Source: Eledone cirrhosa (Eukaryota). From it: 64,000 bases of DNA. Location: contig OZ024746.1 in assembly GCA_964016885.1 (NCBI GenBank), positions 51,646,001-51,710,000 of the forward strand. Direction: 5' to 3'. Below, piece after piece: positions 12,530 to 25,838 of the stretch. The translations under genes were made by a program, and so were the position numbers. How positions within the stretch are numbered: the stretch's first letter is position 1; the number at the start of each line of letters is the position of its first letter. Under the pieces are notes generated by a model. The model saw nothing but the letters and a program-made list of their open reading frames with translations, was not told where the DNA came from and did not search any database.

Positions 12530-12531
<2 letters not shown>
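12203..12531 (+). mobile_element. Solo PLE pseudo-LTR with hammerhead H2 (12262-12305) and tail
   Basis: Matches 9400-9725; ends in (TA)n. Confidence 0.85.
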
Positions 12532-12570
<39 letters not shown>

Positions 12571-12574
12571 TATA

Positions 12575-12606
<32 letters not shown>

Positions 12607-12617
12607 ATATATATATA

Positions 12618-12649
<32 letters not shown>

Positions 12650-12684
12650 CATTTATATATATATAAATATATATATATATAAAT

Positions 12685-12786
<102 letters not shown>

Positions 12787-13162
12787 TATATATAAATATA
12801 TATATACACACACATATATATATATATGTGATGTGTGTTTGTGAGTGTGCGTGCATGTGAGTGTGCGTGTGGGTGCGTGTGTGTGAGTGTATGTGTGTGC
12901 ATGGATGACCGTGTTTATTGATATATATATACATGTGTGTGTGTGTGCATGTAGCTGAGTATGATTGAAGAAAAGTGTAACTACTGTTCTACACATACCA
13001 CTAAGAAAGAAACCAAATGCCATAGCTAGAGTAAAATATATTTCTTTAAGATCAACATTTCCCAGTGATCCATAGTCTCATCTTAAGATTCATCAGAGCG
13101 CCTGGTAGAATCATAGAGAAATAACCAACTAGTCACAGGGATACATTCATCTTACTTATTGC

Positions 13163-13212
<50 letters not shown>

Positions 13213-13225
13213 TTATATGTATATC

Positions 13226-13267
<42 letters not shown>

Positions 13268-13296
13268 ATATACATTTATATATTTATATGTATATC

Positions 13297-13327
<31 letters not shown>

Positions 13328-13671
13328 AGTATTGAAATTTCCGTTGGAAACAGAAAAGGTCATAGAAATGAAGAGTGCTCTATGTAAGTATCAGAGCAAA
13401 ATTTAATGTATAAAATCAATACAATATAATTACCTCATTACCAGAGGTTTCCCGAATGAGGCGAATACGAAATAAACGACTTCATTCGTTCGTCAGAGGA
13501 GGCAATATAAAACATGGGCAAATACTTAGAAAAAAAAAAATATATATATATATATATTTATATACATATGAATTATGTGTAATATATATATATCTATATA
13601 TACATCTATATATGTATGTATAATATATATATATACATGTATATATATATGTATATGTATATATAAATATA

Positions 13672-13785
<114 letters not shown>

Positions 13786-14375
13786 GTATATATATATATA
13801 TATATAAATTATATATATGTATATATATACATGTATATATATATATATACATGTATATATAAATATATATACATTATATATATATATATATATACATGAA
13901 TATATATATATATATATACATTATATATATATATATATATATACATACACACATACATACATATAAATATATATACATGTATGTATAATATATATATGTT
14001 TATACGTAATCGAATACATGCCCAGCCGTATAAAAAATAAGCAAGCAAAGAAATTACTAAATAGATCTAAACAAACAAATCATTAATTGATTAGATGGGG
14101 TGGCATGCATAATTCCTTTCATGTTAATCGATTAGATCAATACTTCAGATCAAATATTGTTGTTGTTCTTCTTGTTGGCTTTGTTGCTGCTCCCGCTACT
14201 GTTGTTGTTGTTGTTGTTCAAACAAAGAGAGACGAAAACTGTACGTCATGCCAAGAAATCCACAATTGCTTATATGTGAAGGTTTGTGTATATGTAAGAT
14301 ATATATATATATGTATACACACGCATTTACATTCTTTCTGTCTCTCTCACAGAGAAGCATATATGTATATACGTG

Positions 14376-14415
<40 letters not shown>

Positions 14416-14441
14416 CATTTATAAACACACACACTCATATA

Positions 14442-14498
<57 letters not shown>

Positions 14499-14562
14499 TT
14501 ATACACATACACACATATATATACATATATATATATGTGTGAGTGTCTGTGTTTATAAATTT

Positions 14563-14619
<57 letters not shown>

Positions 14620-14637
14620 TTAATAAACACAGACACT

Positions 14638-14677
<40 letters not shown>

Positions 14678-15146
14678 TGTGTGTGTATAAATATGTATAA
14701 ATATATATATATATATATGTGTGTGTGTGTCTGTGTGTGTGTGTGTGCGTGCGGGTGTGTATATATAGGTGGGTGTATGTGTGTTCGGAAATATTTGCCA
14801 AGAATATTTGAACGAATTCTGAGTATTTTGGCAGTACTGAATCTAAAAATGACATCATGTTGACACATTGCCGTTAGATTTTGACTTATTGGGTACCTCA
14901 ATACCAGCACCTCACCACCATCACCACCAACACAAAACATCCCATCACCACCACCACCACCACCACCACCAAATACTGTTCATACCCCAATGCCACCTAC
15001 ATTTGTTAACAGATACAGAATAAATTAGATTTATTGTTTTACTCCACAAATACCGTCTTTATCCAATGTGGTTTTCAAAATGATTTAAATCCGCTGTCAG
15101 TCATACTGAGGCCATGCTAGGGCACCAGCTTAAAGGGATTTTAGTA

Positions 15147-15383
15147 TGTGTTGACAGCTCACACCTATGCAGGTTTAGCTGGCCTCCTCCAACGTATATC
15201 TCGTTGAAGGTGTCTTGGGTAATTTAATGATAGGAATCCATTTCTACAGTTGACTAAACTGGAGCAACGTGAAATAAAGTGTCTTGCACAAGGAAACAAC
15301 ACATCACCCGGTCCGAGAATTGAACTCACAACCTTTCGATTGCAAGCCCAATGGTCTAACCATTAAGCCATGCGCCTTCACAT
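15147..15383 (-). mobile_element. tRNA-derived SINE, family B (CORE-like), with 13-bp TSD
   Basis: TSD agggattttagta on both sides; head ggcgcatggcttaatggttag...gagttcaattctc; body caagacactttatttcacgttgctccagt. Confidence 0.8.
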
Positions 15384-15747
15384 AGGGATTTTAGTACATC
15401 ACATCGACCAAGTTTGGATACTTATTCCCTCGGTCTCTTTTTGTCGTACTACTAAGTTGGTATTTTAGGAGATCATATCGACTACAGTTTTTAATATTTT
15501 TTGCTAAATTTAGGTACTTATTTTATCGGTCTCTTTTTGTCGAACTACTAAGTTACAGGACATGAATAAAAGTAAACTTATACATAGAGACACGTAAACC
15601 CAAAGTTCAAACATCGACAAAACATCTGAAATCCGAAGTTCAACAAAAAAAAGCACATTCCTTCACCAAAATGAAAGACAACAGACAAAAACATAAATTA
15701 ATTACTTCATATGTTAAATAACAGGATTAAATTTGACCATAACTTAA

Positions 15748-15924
15748 CCCTTTAGCATTTACATTACTCTATATTTACTATTATATTTTCGTGGTAAAAG
15801 CTTTACCTCACATAATTATCTCACATAATATCGAAGCTATGAGATTTTGATATTATTTATTTTGAGAACAATACCTTAACATCAGTATGAGCAGCTGGTT
15901 ACAGCCGGTTTGAATGCTAAAGGA
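15748..15924. mobile_element. piggyBac-like MITE
   Basis: TTAA-ccctttagcatt ... aatgctaaagga-TTAA. Related copy at 56999-57219. Confidence 0.65.
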
Positions 15925-16309
15925 TTAAGAAAGAGAATTGATAAAAGAAAACAAAGTTAAAGTTGAAGAAAAATGAAAAATACCACAAACGAAAGAAACT
16001 AACAACCCATCTCTCGAGGTTTATAAAATCTCACTAGTAACTAATTTCTAACAAATATAGAAGAATTTAAATGAACGCTTCATAGTACACTGTAGGATTA
16101 AGCAATAAATGAAAACTGAATATAACACTTTTTGGGATGTTATTGAATGGTTAAATAGAGTGTTTCATGTCGTAATCGTTTCAGTTTCAAAAGAAAGTCC
16201 TCGATAATGTCAATTGCCAAAATAAATGTGACAAGTATAACTTTGTGAGTGTGTGTCTATTTGTGTGTGTGAATGGTAAGGAGTAGCGCCCTTAAATTTA
16301 TGAAAGTCG

Positions 16310-16590
16310 TAAAGACGTCATCTTGACACGGCGAGTCTCAGGCATTTATTTAATTATTAAAATTAAAAGATTTTGCCGTATTTCTTATTCATGAAAATAG
16401 TCTAACGAAGCCCCTGAATTAGCACCCTGAACGGGAAAAGATGGGCATCAGCACTGGTGTCCATCTTTTTCCAATCACGCGGGTAATTCAGGTGCTCCGT
16501 TATTTCACTATTATCTTTAATAAAAATAACAAAACCAAAACAGGCCAAAAACTTCTAATTATTATTCAATTTCAAATTCTGCTCGACGTC

Positions 16591-16593
<3 letters not shown>
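16310..16593. repeat. Imperfect fold-back element (MITE-like), core hairpin 16403-16502
   Basis: taacgaagcccctgaatta...ggaaaagatgggcatcag / ctggtgtccatctttttcc...taattcaggtgctccgtta; gacgtc at both outer ends. Confidence 0.55.
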
Positions 16594-16634
<41 letters not shown>

Positions 16635-16747
16635 ATGAGAAGAAAGAATACTGCGTGGTTGCACATGGGTTACATATGATTAAAATAGTCCTTCGTCAGT
16701 GATTTTCCAACCTTCATTGGTATTTCATCGCAAATATATATATATAT

Positions 16748-17435
16748 ATAGTCGGGTGCTCTCGGATGGCAACATGGGGGTAGCTAAATGGTTACTTAGC
16801 TTCACAGACTACTAATATATGTTGTTGTTGCTACAGCTCACACCTATGCACGTTTAGCTGGCCTCCTCCAAGGTATATCTGGTTGGAGGTGTCTTGGGTG
16901 ATTTAATGATAGGGACCCCAGTCCTATCATCTCATTTCTACAGCTGAGTAAACCGGAGTAAATAAAGTGTCTTGCCCAAGGATACTAATATATATATATA
17001 TAACAAAGGAATTGTGGTAAGGAACTAGATGTACCATAACGCGCCAGAGTACTCAAACTCGAAACGGCTTGAGCTCTGCCGTCGGGGTCATACTGTTTCC
17101 TATTTCCCACTCTACTACCCTAAGTATTGAGTACTCTGGTGCGTTATGGTACATCTAGTTCCTTACTACAATTCCTTTGTTATATATATATATATTAGTA
17201 TCCTTTATCAAGACACTTTATTTGCTCCGGTTTACTCAGCTGTAGAAATGAGATGATAGGACTGGGGTCCCTATCATTAAATCACCCAAGACACCTCCAA
17301 CCAGATATACCTTGGAGGAGGCCAGCTAAACCTGCATAGGTGTGAGCTGTAGCAACAACAACATATATTAGTAGTCTGTGAAGCTAAGTAACCATTTAGC
17401 TACCCCCATGTTGCCATCCGAGAGCACCCGACTAT
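16748..17435. repeat. ~310-bp inverted duplication (16748-17056 / 17127-17435) built around an H5 mini-element
   Basis: The arms include the H5 3' end, a (TA)n tract, a SINE-B fragment and unique flank. The spacer begins cGAAACggcttgagctctgccGTCggggtc. Confidence 0.9.
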
Positions 17436-17701
17436 GAGGCGATGTAGTTAATGGCATGTACATATTCTACTGTGAAATTACTGTGAAAAACGAGGTGCAA
17501 ATGCACGTATGTGATCAGACTGCAATGCAGAAACCTAGGTTCGAGACACTGTGCAACTGCACTTGTTACAAATTACCCTTGGTAAGCCCGATTATACGTT
17601 CAAATCATATCTCATTGAGTAATCAGAGCACCAGGTTGGTAGTGAATATTTTCCCTACGGCCTTGTTTTAACTATAAACAATATATGTATGTATATCTAT
17701 C

Positions 17702-17744
<43 letters not shown>

Positions 17745-17751
<7 letters not shown>

Positions 17752-18407
17752 ACAGGGAGAAAGAGACGATTATGATGAAGAAAAATATATTTTTTTCCTT
17801 TTTTTGTTTGTCTCTCTTTTCTGGGTTGGAAAATGATTAAAACGAGATGTTTTACTTTGTGTGAAGTGTTAAGGTATTAGTTGATTTATTTATTATTTAA
17901 CAAAGGCATTTATTTATCTATTGCCTCCATCACGGAACCATGGTTCAACTAAGCACTCTTGCTATATTAACACATTTTGTTCTGCTTAACTTCCATGACT
18001 GTGCTTGTGAATAACATTAATTTTTCTTCCACATTGACTTTTTACGTTCCACATTATGCACGTTTTTTTTCCTTTTTCTTTTTTCTTTTCACTTCTTAAA
18101 CCTTGTTTGTAAATAACATTATTCTTTCTGCACCTTCTGTTTAACATGCGCGACACCACACTAATACATTTCACTGTCATTTGATAATGAATATAAATGC
18201 TGAAACCGGTAATAGATAATAATTAAATATATAAATAGATAAATAAATGCCATTGTTAAATAATAAATAAATCAACTAATACCTTAACACTTCACACAAA
18301 GTAAAACATCTCGTTTTAATCATTTTCTAACCCAGAAAAAAGGGAGAGAGAAACAAAAAAGGAAAAAAATATATTTTTCTTCCTCATAATCGTCTCTTTC
18401 TCCCTGT

Positions 18408-18415
<8 letters not shown>
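17745..18415. mobile_element. Element with ~180-bp inverted termini (17745-17922 / 18233-18415) in (TA)n; probable PLE inverted pseudo-LTR
   Basis: atgaaaacagggagaaagagacg... / ...cgtctctttctccctgttttcat. Degenerate HHR-like ttgataa...GAAAccggTAatag at ~18180-18215. Confidence 0.65.
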
Positions 18416-18447
<32 letters not shown>

Positions 18448-18826
18448 TAACTCGTGTGCTTCCTCTCCACATTTTATTATTATATATATATATATAAATA
18501 TAAGAAAGTGGCTTCCTTGTTCAATCATCTTACCAGAAGCTTGACATTATTTATGTAAGCGGACGGTACTTGATTTAGGAGCCGCAGAAACCCATATACT
18601 GGATTTTACCAACCTTCCAGGGGTCCGGGTAAATGTTCAATACCCGAATTACTTGATCGTTTTTTTTGACTATGCGAATGATTGTTTAACCATCGTCTCA
18701 GTGTGTTTGGCCTTTAACGTTTGTTATAGCTCTGGTTCATCTGAATCATTGAGCACTTGCCGCACATCTCGGAGGTTGTTTTTCGTTATTTCGTGGGCCG
18801 AAATGCGAATATCGATAATTTATGTT

Positions 18827-18968
<142 letters not shown>

Positions 18969-19100
18969 TGTGTGTGTGTGGCAATATCCGTCGACGTGAA
19001 AAAGGAAAACAATGCTTAATCGGGAAGAGACCAGAAATAATATATTATTTATTTATGTTTATAACGCGTATAAGCGACTGAACAAAGGTCATTAATATAC

Positions 19101-19131
<31 letters not shown>

Positions 19132-19133
<2 letters not shown>

Positions 19134-19324
19134 ACGAAGGAAGTGTGGTAAATAACCAGGTGGACCATAACACACCAAAGTACTCAATACTTAGAGTAGT
19201 AGAGTGGGTAACAGGAAAAGAGTCAGGATAGCTGACCTCCGGCCGTTCGACAACTAGATCCGAAATAAGCCAGCAGTATTAGAACGGCGGGAATCTAGCT
19301 GAACTATATCAAGGGGTACAGACC
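19132..19324 (-). mobile_element. H5-related element, longest copy, retaining a degenerate 5' half of the hammerhead
   Basis: Minus: tacccc-ttgatatag-ttcagctagattc...ggatctagttgtc-gaacggcc...; 3' end cacttccttcgtta(TA)n. Confidence 0.6.
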
Positions 19325-19860
19325 ATATATATATATGTGTCTGTGTGCGTGTGTGTGTGCGTGTGCGTGTGAATGTGTGAGTCGGAAAGAAAGATCAAAC
19401 TGGATAATGTGATCCTAGATGCATTATGTCTGAAAATATGAAAATGTGATGGGATGGTAATGGCTGGAACGTCTTTCATTTTAAGCATTTACGAAACGAA
19501 ACTGACCTGGGTAGAAACAACAACATCAACAACAAGAACAACAACAACAGCAGCCATTGATATAGACTAGACAACTTACTCTACTCTCATAGGTAAACAT
19601 GACGTTATAACATATAAGTTAACACTATCATAAAACAGGTAATTCCAACATTAACCCTTTTGTGACCGTATTTTCAACGATATACAGTGTATTTCAATTA
19701 ATTAATGAACAGTATGATGAGATTTACCAAATTATATTCGAAGAACACTTTAAAATGGGTTGTTTCGTAAAACCAGAGGAGGTTTGCTCCGGTATATCGA
19801 CACGTTTGAACGAATTAAATTTTGCGAGTGACACTCGTCCTATATTTTAAACAGTAAATC

Positions 19861-19945
<85 letters not shown>

Positions 19946-19970
19946 CTATATATATATATATATATACATA

Positions 19971-20024
<54 letters not shown>

Positions 20025-20203
20025 TATGTATATACATATACATATATATATATGTATGTATGTGTCTGTGTGTGAGTGGCAGGGTGGGTTTGTGTATGTA
20101 TAATATATGTATAATTCTCCTCATCAGGGGTTGGTCAGGAATATTTTTTGAGGTACGTTTGGTTTAGGGCTGGAAGCCCCTCTTGACATCAATCGTTTTA
20201 TTT

Positions 20204-20276
<73 letters not shown>

Positions 20277-20319
20277 CCGCCCCACCCATCCCTTCAATTC
20301 TTTCTATTTTCTCATTCTT

Positions 20320-20355
20320 TCTTCTGATGGAGGACAAGCGTCTGAAACGTTAAGA
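20320..20355 (+). ncRNA. Minimal hammerhead motif H1 (CTGATGG variant)
   Basis: tctt-ctgatgg-aggac-aagc-gtct-GAAAC-gtt-aaga. Confidence 0.65.
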
Positions 20356-20594
20356 CCCTCATCCTGCTATTTCAAGCGTTAACCTAATATATTCCTTCTA
20401 TATATTGTACTGATTGTGTTGTTATTTCTGTTTACCTTTTACAAACATTTATATATATATGCAGAGGTTATATTTAATTTGTTGGGATTCAACAAGCTTA
20501 AACATTTTATTAACTGATATAAAGCACACAACAGATTAGTGGAGTAAATACACAATATATTAATAAATGGAAACTATATTTATAAAACCATATT

Positions 20595-20660
20595 TATTTT
20601 ATTATACATATTTCAAGGGCAACCAAGGCAAATTATGGTGCGCTTTCATCAGATAAAATA
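20595..20660 (-). ncRNA. Type I hammerhead ribozyme H3
   Basis: Reverse complement of 20783-20848. Confidence 0.75.
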
Positions 20661-20782
20661 CAGATTTGTTTTATAAGTAAATATTGGCATACCCGGAAAA
20701 AAAGACAACCTCCAGGAAGCCCCAACCGTTAAGGTTTTCTTTTTTTCCGGGTATGTCAATATTTATTTATAAAACAAATCTG

Positions 20783-20848
20783 TATTTTATCTGATGAAAG
20801 CGCACCATAATTTGCCTCGGTTGCCCTTGAAATATGTATAATAAAATA
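20783..20848 (+). ncRNA. Type I hammerhead ribozyme H3 (intact core)
   Basis: tattttat-CTGATGA-aag...ctt-GAAA-ta-tg-ta-TA-ataaaata. Perfect 8-bp stem I. Confidence 0.75.
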
Positions 20849-21378
20849 AATATGGTTTTATAAATATAGTTTCCATTTATTAATATATTGTATATATATA
20901 TATATATTTCCTATATATATACTATATAGGCATATATATGCATGTCTATGTATGTATGTATTTATGTATGTATATATGTATGTATGTACATGTTAATCTT
21001 TGGCTTATGTGGAGGACATTATCTGGGAAAATTTATAAACCGAAACTCACTACAGCAAACACCAACGTCATCTACAACACCACCACCACAAGAAATAACA
21101 ACATCATCATCTCTGCAACCACCACCACCACCACCACCACCACCATCTTTGCCACTGTTGCCACCACCATCATCAGTATTAATACTAACAACAATAACAA
21201 CAACAACAACAACAATAATAACATCAACAATAGCAGAAATTAGCAATGAAAATGTCAGAAATAAAATAATGATAATTAATAATATTGATGAGGATGATGA
21301 TTAATACTACTACTACTACTACTACTGCTGCTGCCACTACTAATGCTACTTCTACTAGTAGTAGTAGTAGTAGTAGTA

Positions 21379-21488
<110 letters not shown>

Positions 21489-21489
21489 T

Positions 21490-21772
21490 AACCGATATCA
21501 GGACTTAAAGTGGGAGGTAAAAAGGATTTGGAACTGCCATGAAGTCAAGGTCGTCCCGATTGTCATAGGCGCACTAGGAACTATCTCAAAGAGTTTCCAA
21601 GGATGGTTAAAGAAGATTAGTCCAGCCCCGCTTTTTGGAACACTTCAAAAGGCATGCTTGCTGGGAACAGTAAGAACCCTCCGATACGTCCTGAATATCT
21701 GAGGTAGCGGCTTGGTATTCATTTCAACAAACTTTCCAGTTAAATAACATCAATGACTGAGACTCAAAGAGT
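21490..21772 (+). mobile_element. R4/Dong-clade non-LTR retrotransposon 3' end inserted in (TAA)n
   Basis: RYQDLKWEVKRIWNCHEVKVVPIVIGALGTISK...LQKACLLGTVRTLRYVLNI*. (TAA)n on both sides is the known Dong target. Confidence 0.85.
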
Positions 21773-21776
21773 AATA

Positions 21777-21825
<49 letters not shown>

Positions 21826-21834
21826 GTAAAGGTT

Positions 21835-22556
21835 CCAGGCACAAGGCCATCAATTTAGGGGGAGGGGAAAGTCGATTAAATCGACCCCAGTACGTGACTG
21901 GTACTTTATTTTATCGACCTCCGTAAGGATGAAAGGGAAAGTTAACCTCGGCGGGATTTGAACTCAGACCGTAAAGGTACGTAACTATATGCCACAAAGC
22001 ATGTTATCCAACGCTTTACCGATACTGGTTTCTAATTTGGGTACAAGTCCAGCAAATTTGGAGGAAGTGCAGATTTGATTAAATCAACCCCAGTACTTAA
22101 CTGGTATTACATTATATCAACCCCGGAAGAGTGATAGACAAACTTGACCTCAACAATGGTTGAACTCAGAACGTAATTAAATCGCTCAAATGATTTTGCC
22201 AGTCCATCACAACAACAACAATAATAATAATAGTAATAATAATGATAATAATAATAATAATGATTTCTAGTATAGGCACAAGGCCAGTAATTTTTTTGTA
22301 GGGGGGCGTGGAAGTCGATTAAATTGACCCCAGTGTGTGACTGGTACTTTATTTTATCGACCTCGTAAGGATGAAAAGCAAAGTTAACCTCGGCGGGAAA
22401 TGATAATAGTAATGATTGCATTTATTGGCCACAAGGGCCGACATGCAGAGGACAATATAATGATAATAATTGTTTCTACTTTAGGCACAAGGCCAGCAAT
22501 TACCCAGTACATTACTGGTACTTTTTTTTATCGACCCCGTAAGGATGAAAGGCAAA
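21835..22556 (-). mobile_element. Cluster of four SINE-A copies or fragments in (TAA)n
   Basis: Repeated aggcacaaggcc...ctggtactttattttatcgacc...aaggatgaaa. Confidence 0.8.
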
Positions 22557-22780
22557 TATAATGATAATAATAATAATTATTATATATATATATATATATA
22601 TGCGTGTGTGTGTTTGTGTTTGTATGTGTGTGTGTGTGTGTGTGTGTGTGCGTATGAGTATGATATTGCTAGAAATAATAATAGTCGTAATAGCAATCAT
22701 TTATTGAGATAGCACCGAATAAAGTTTCTTTTAATTTAGTATTTGATTGTAGAAGCTATCATAACAATAACAATAACAAC

Positions 22781-22850
<70 letters not shown>

Positions 22851-22958
22851 GTGATGATGATGACGATTATCACGAATGTAGTGAACATGAGCAACGAGGA
22901 AAGTAGAGGAACAACAACAATATTAACAAGCATTGCATACATATAAATAGAAGCTTAC

Positions 22959-22988
22959 CTGTTCCATCAAGACCTAGGTTTTGACCCA
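22959..22988 (-). CDS. SMOC: SMOC-like gene, candidate 30-nt microexon (M)GQNLGLDGT(G)
   Basis: tgttgttttcag|TGGGTCAAAACCTAGGTCTTGATGGAACAG|gtaagc. Phase 1/1 and in frame after the EF-hand exon. Confidence 0.6.
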
Positions 22989-23249
22989 CTGAAAACAACA
23001 ACAACAACACAAAAATATACGTACATAAACATAAACACACACTCACGCAAATATACAAACATACACATACACGCACAAACCTAACCATCAGCAGGCAGAG
23101 AAAGTGATCCAGCCGATTGTCCTTAACACCATCATTAGGACTCGCTCATGCAAGAACAGTCGACTAACGCCAAATGCACATAACTTTACATATCGTGTCA
23201 TTCCACGACTCGTAGTAGGAATTCCCACAATTATTTATGTAGAACGTAA

Positions 23250-23995
23250 CATAAACTATTATCACCCACCTTATAATGTTCTTTTAAGTTCCAAATATGC
23301 AACGACAACGGCGTAGTATTCGTTTTATGTACGTTGCGGAATGAGTTTATAGTTGCGTAGAATCTAGCTTTAAATCTTCTGTTCGTTGACTGATGTAATT
23401 CTATCGGTACATTTTTCACGCTTACCGTTAGCTTGTAAAATATTTCAGATTTTCTTTCAACAAATATTCCTCAACATGCATATCATTCATTTGTTATATT
23501 CACTATCTTTCCGGCTGAGAGCTATGAGTTTCAGCTTTATTGTCATTCATATCTTGAATAGCATGTCTTGTTCCGCATGCAGGTGTAAATAACTTATGTA
23601 CCATTCCTATTAAAGTGGCTATTGTATTTATGATCGGATGGAAAATGTTTAGTTGTAAGCACTAAGAAAGTCCACCCCAAATTTTACGCTACATTCAAAT
23701 TCAATTGTTGGTTGGACCAGTTAATCTTATCTTTTCATGTGTTTAACATTAGGTAGATATTTTAAAACTTTAAGCCTGTTATTTGTAGATCTTCATTGTT
23801 GAACGCTGTATTCTTATCGAACAACGAGGAGCTCTTCCTGCTTATGTTTCTAGTAAGCAATTTTATGATTACAGGTAGGTGTTTGGTATATTTGAATATG
23901 TGTTTATGTATAATGGCTCTTCAATTTTCTGGAGTTAGATTTAGCGCCATATCTAGAAAGGTAGCTCGAGGTAGACTGGTATATATTAGCAGGGA
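23250..23995 (-). mobile_element. Decayed Hydra-like PLE fragment (RT thumb to GIY-YIG)
   Basis: FKARFYATINSFRNVHKTNTTPLSLHIWNLK and upstream ...IIKLLTRNISRKSSSLFDKNTAFNNEDLQITG; many stops. Confidence 0.6.
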
Positions 23996-24010
23996 AAACG
24001 ATCACACACA

Positions 24011-24136
<126 letters not shown>

Positions 24137-25452
24137 ATATGTATATATTTTAGAAATACATCGAGTTACTGTGTGTGTGAAACGTCAGCACTGATACATA
24201 CACATGCAAACACCATACCATACGTTACATATACATAGAGACAACACGGGCGCACACACATTGTTCTTATCAAACAAAAGCTACCGTCCTACACAGGACA
24301 CATTATTTTTTTGAAGTGGGTAGTGAATCAGGGTGCGTGGAACACAGTGGTATTTTGTGGGAAGAGAAGCAGAGTCTGCTAAACATAGAGGTATACAATG
24401 AGCAGGGAATAGGAAATGTTGAAAATATGGAAAGAGGGCTTGATAAGCACAGTAAGTTTACTTTATGACTATTGTGGAAATATAACATGGGTAGAGAAAT
24501 AGCAGTGGTGTATGAATATGTCAGAAGCACATTATGATTACCGAAGCTATGGGTTGTGACATAAGTCCCTACTACATGAGTGAGATCCCGGATTTATTGC
24601 TAGTTCTGGCCGACTGTAGCTGCAATGGACCCCTATCCGGTTTTATGTATTTACCATCACTTTAACTTCAAAATTCTAGTTTGGTATACAGACCGTGTTC
24701 AGGAGCATGAGATTAGAAACCTTGCCTACTGTAATCAAATTGCTACAGAAACATCAACTCGTTTAGATTCAAGCATCCATTTACAAGACAGTCAGGAGAC
24801 TGTGCATCTGCTAATGTATCAGTAAATGTGATAGACTTCAACCCAAAGACGCTCATTTTTAAAAAAGCCAAATCTTCAAGATTAAGTCCACTACAAGAGT
24901 AGCCACCTGGAATATCCCATCCCCAATGCTCCATAGGGAACGAAAGGAACTAAGAAGACATGATTATACATGTATTTAACCTTTTCATTACAATATTTCT
25001 GATGAAAGATATTGTCTGTGATTTTCAGATAATTATCAAATAATCCTATAATTTAGAGGGATTTAGTAATATAACTAACTTTCTCATTATTAAGCTAGTT
25101 TTTGGAACATAACTTAACAAAGGTTTTTACATAGAATTATATTGGAAGGCTTTTGTTTTAATATATATAAACATTTTGATTTTAAGGGGTGATTTTAAGT
25201 GGTTTGGTACCAAAAGAATTTGAAAATAATCAATAATTTGAAGTGATTTCGTAATATAACTAACATTTCCTAACTCAACATATTTTGATGGCTGTTGTTT
25301 AAATAAATATAAACACGTTAAAGCAAATAGCTTTGTGTCGTAGAACCAAGGTGTGGGTAGGGTTTCGAGCGGTGTGGTTATAAAAAGTGTCAACGAAAGG
25401 GTCTCAATAATGTTCTATTAGTACATATATATATAAGGTGATATATACTCAC

Positions 25453-25695
25453 TGCTATGATTGAGGCCTAAGCAGAAATTCCACTCTTTGCTGACAATCC
25501 TTTTATCCCGGTCTGTGTCACAGTAATCAATGAAGCTCTTGGCACATCGACGAGGTTTCACCAACTTTTTTACCAAACGTTTCAGAGATCTCACCTCGCC
25601 AGACTTTAGGACATTGTCCTTGTTGCGGTCCAGTTGGGAAAATTTCCATTCTACAATACGCTTGCGTGTTGCATTCTGGGAAGATTTATTTTGAC
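25453..25695 (-). CDS. SMOC: SMOC-like gene exon: SPARC/SMOC extracellular calcium-binding (EC, EF-hand) domain
   Basis: tttacag|GT...AGCA|gtgagt, 243 nt. GQNKSSQNATRKRIVEWKFSQLDRNKDNVLKSGEVRSLKRLVKKLVKPRRCAKSFIDYCDTDRDKRIVSKEWNFCLGLNHS matches the W.F..LD.N...KP.RC...F..YCD...D..I...EW..CLG signature. Confidence 0.93.
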
Positions 25696-25838
25696 CTGTA
25701 AACATAAGAAAAATAGAGAAATGATACAAGAGATTGTAGTTAGGTTTGTGAGGGAAAGAGAGAGACTGGGAATAAAGGGATCGAAAAGCAGATGAACAGA
25801 TAGATAGAAAAATAGATATATAGACTTTATAAAGTGAT

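Larger units (their letters stand above)
20460..20892. mobile_element. Fold-back of a Hydra-like PLE pseudo-LTR (arms ~20553-20712 / 20731-20892)
   Basis: Arms match 38910-39060; each arm carries hammerhead H3. Confidence 0.85.

Noticed and set aside
13440-13500. Hammerhead-like CTGACGA...GAAAcc-TC on the minus strand (also partial cores at ~1217, ~10354, ~16690 and ~59065)
   Set aside because: Stem I or the GAAA half does not pair convincingly; at best these are decayed remnants.
14150-14240. Possible terminal SMOC exon or SFRL-like peptide on the minus strand
   Set aside because: Poor polypyrimidine tract and (AAC)n-derived sequence; the SFRL frame has no compatible acceptor.
20990-21022. 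Possible 33-nt minus-strand exon (DNVLHISQRLT) after ttttcccag
   Set aside because: The donor would be gtacat, which is weak, and there is no homology support.
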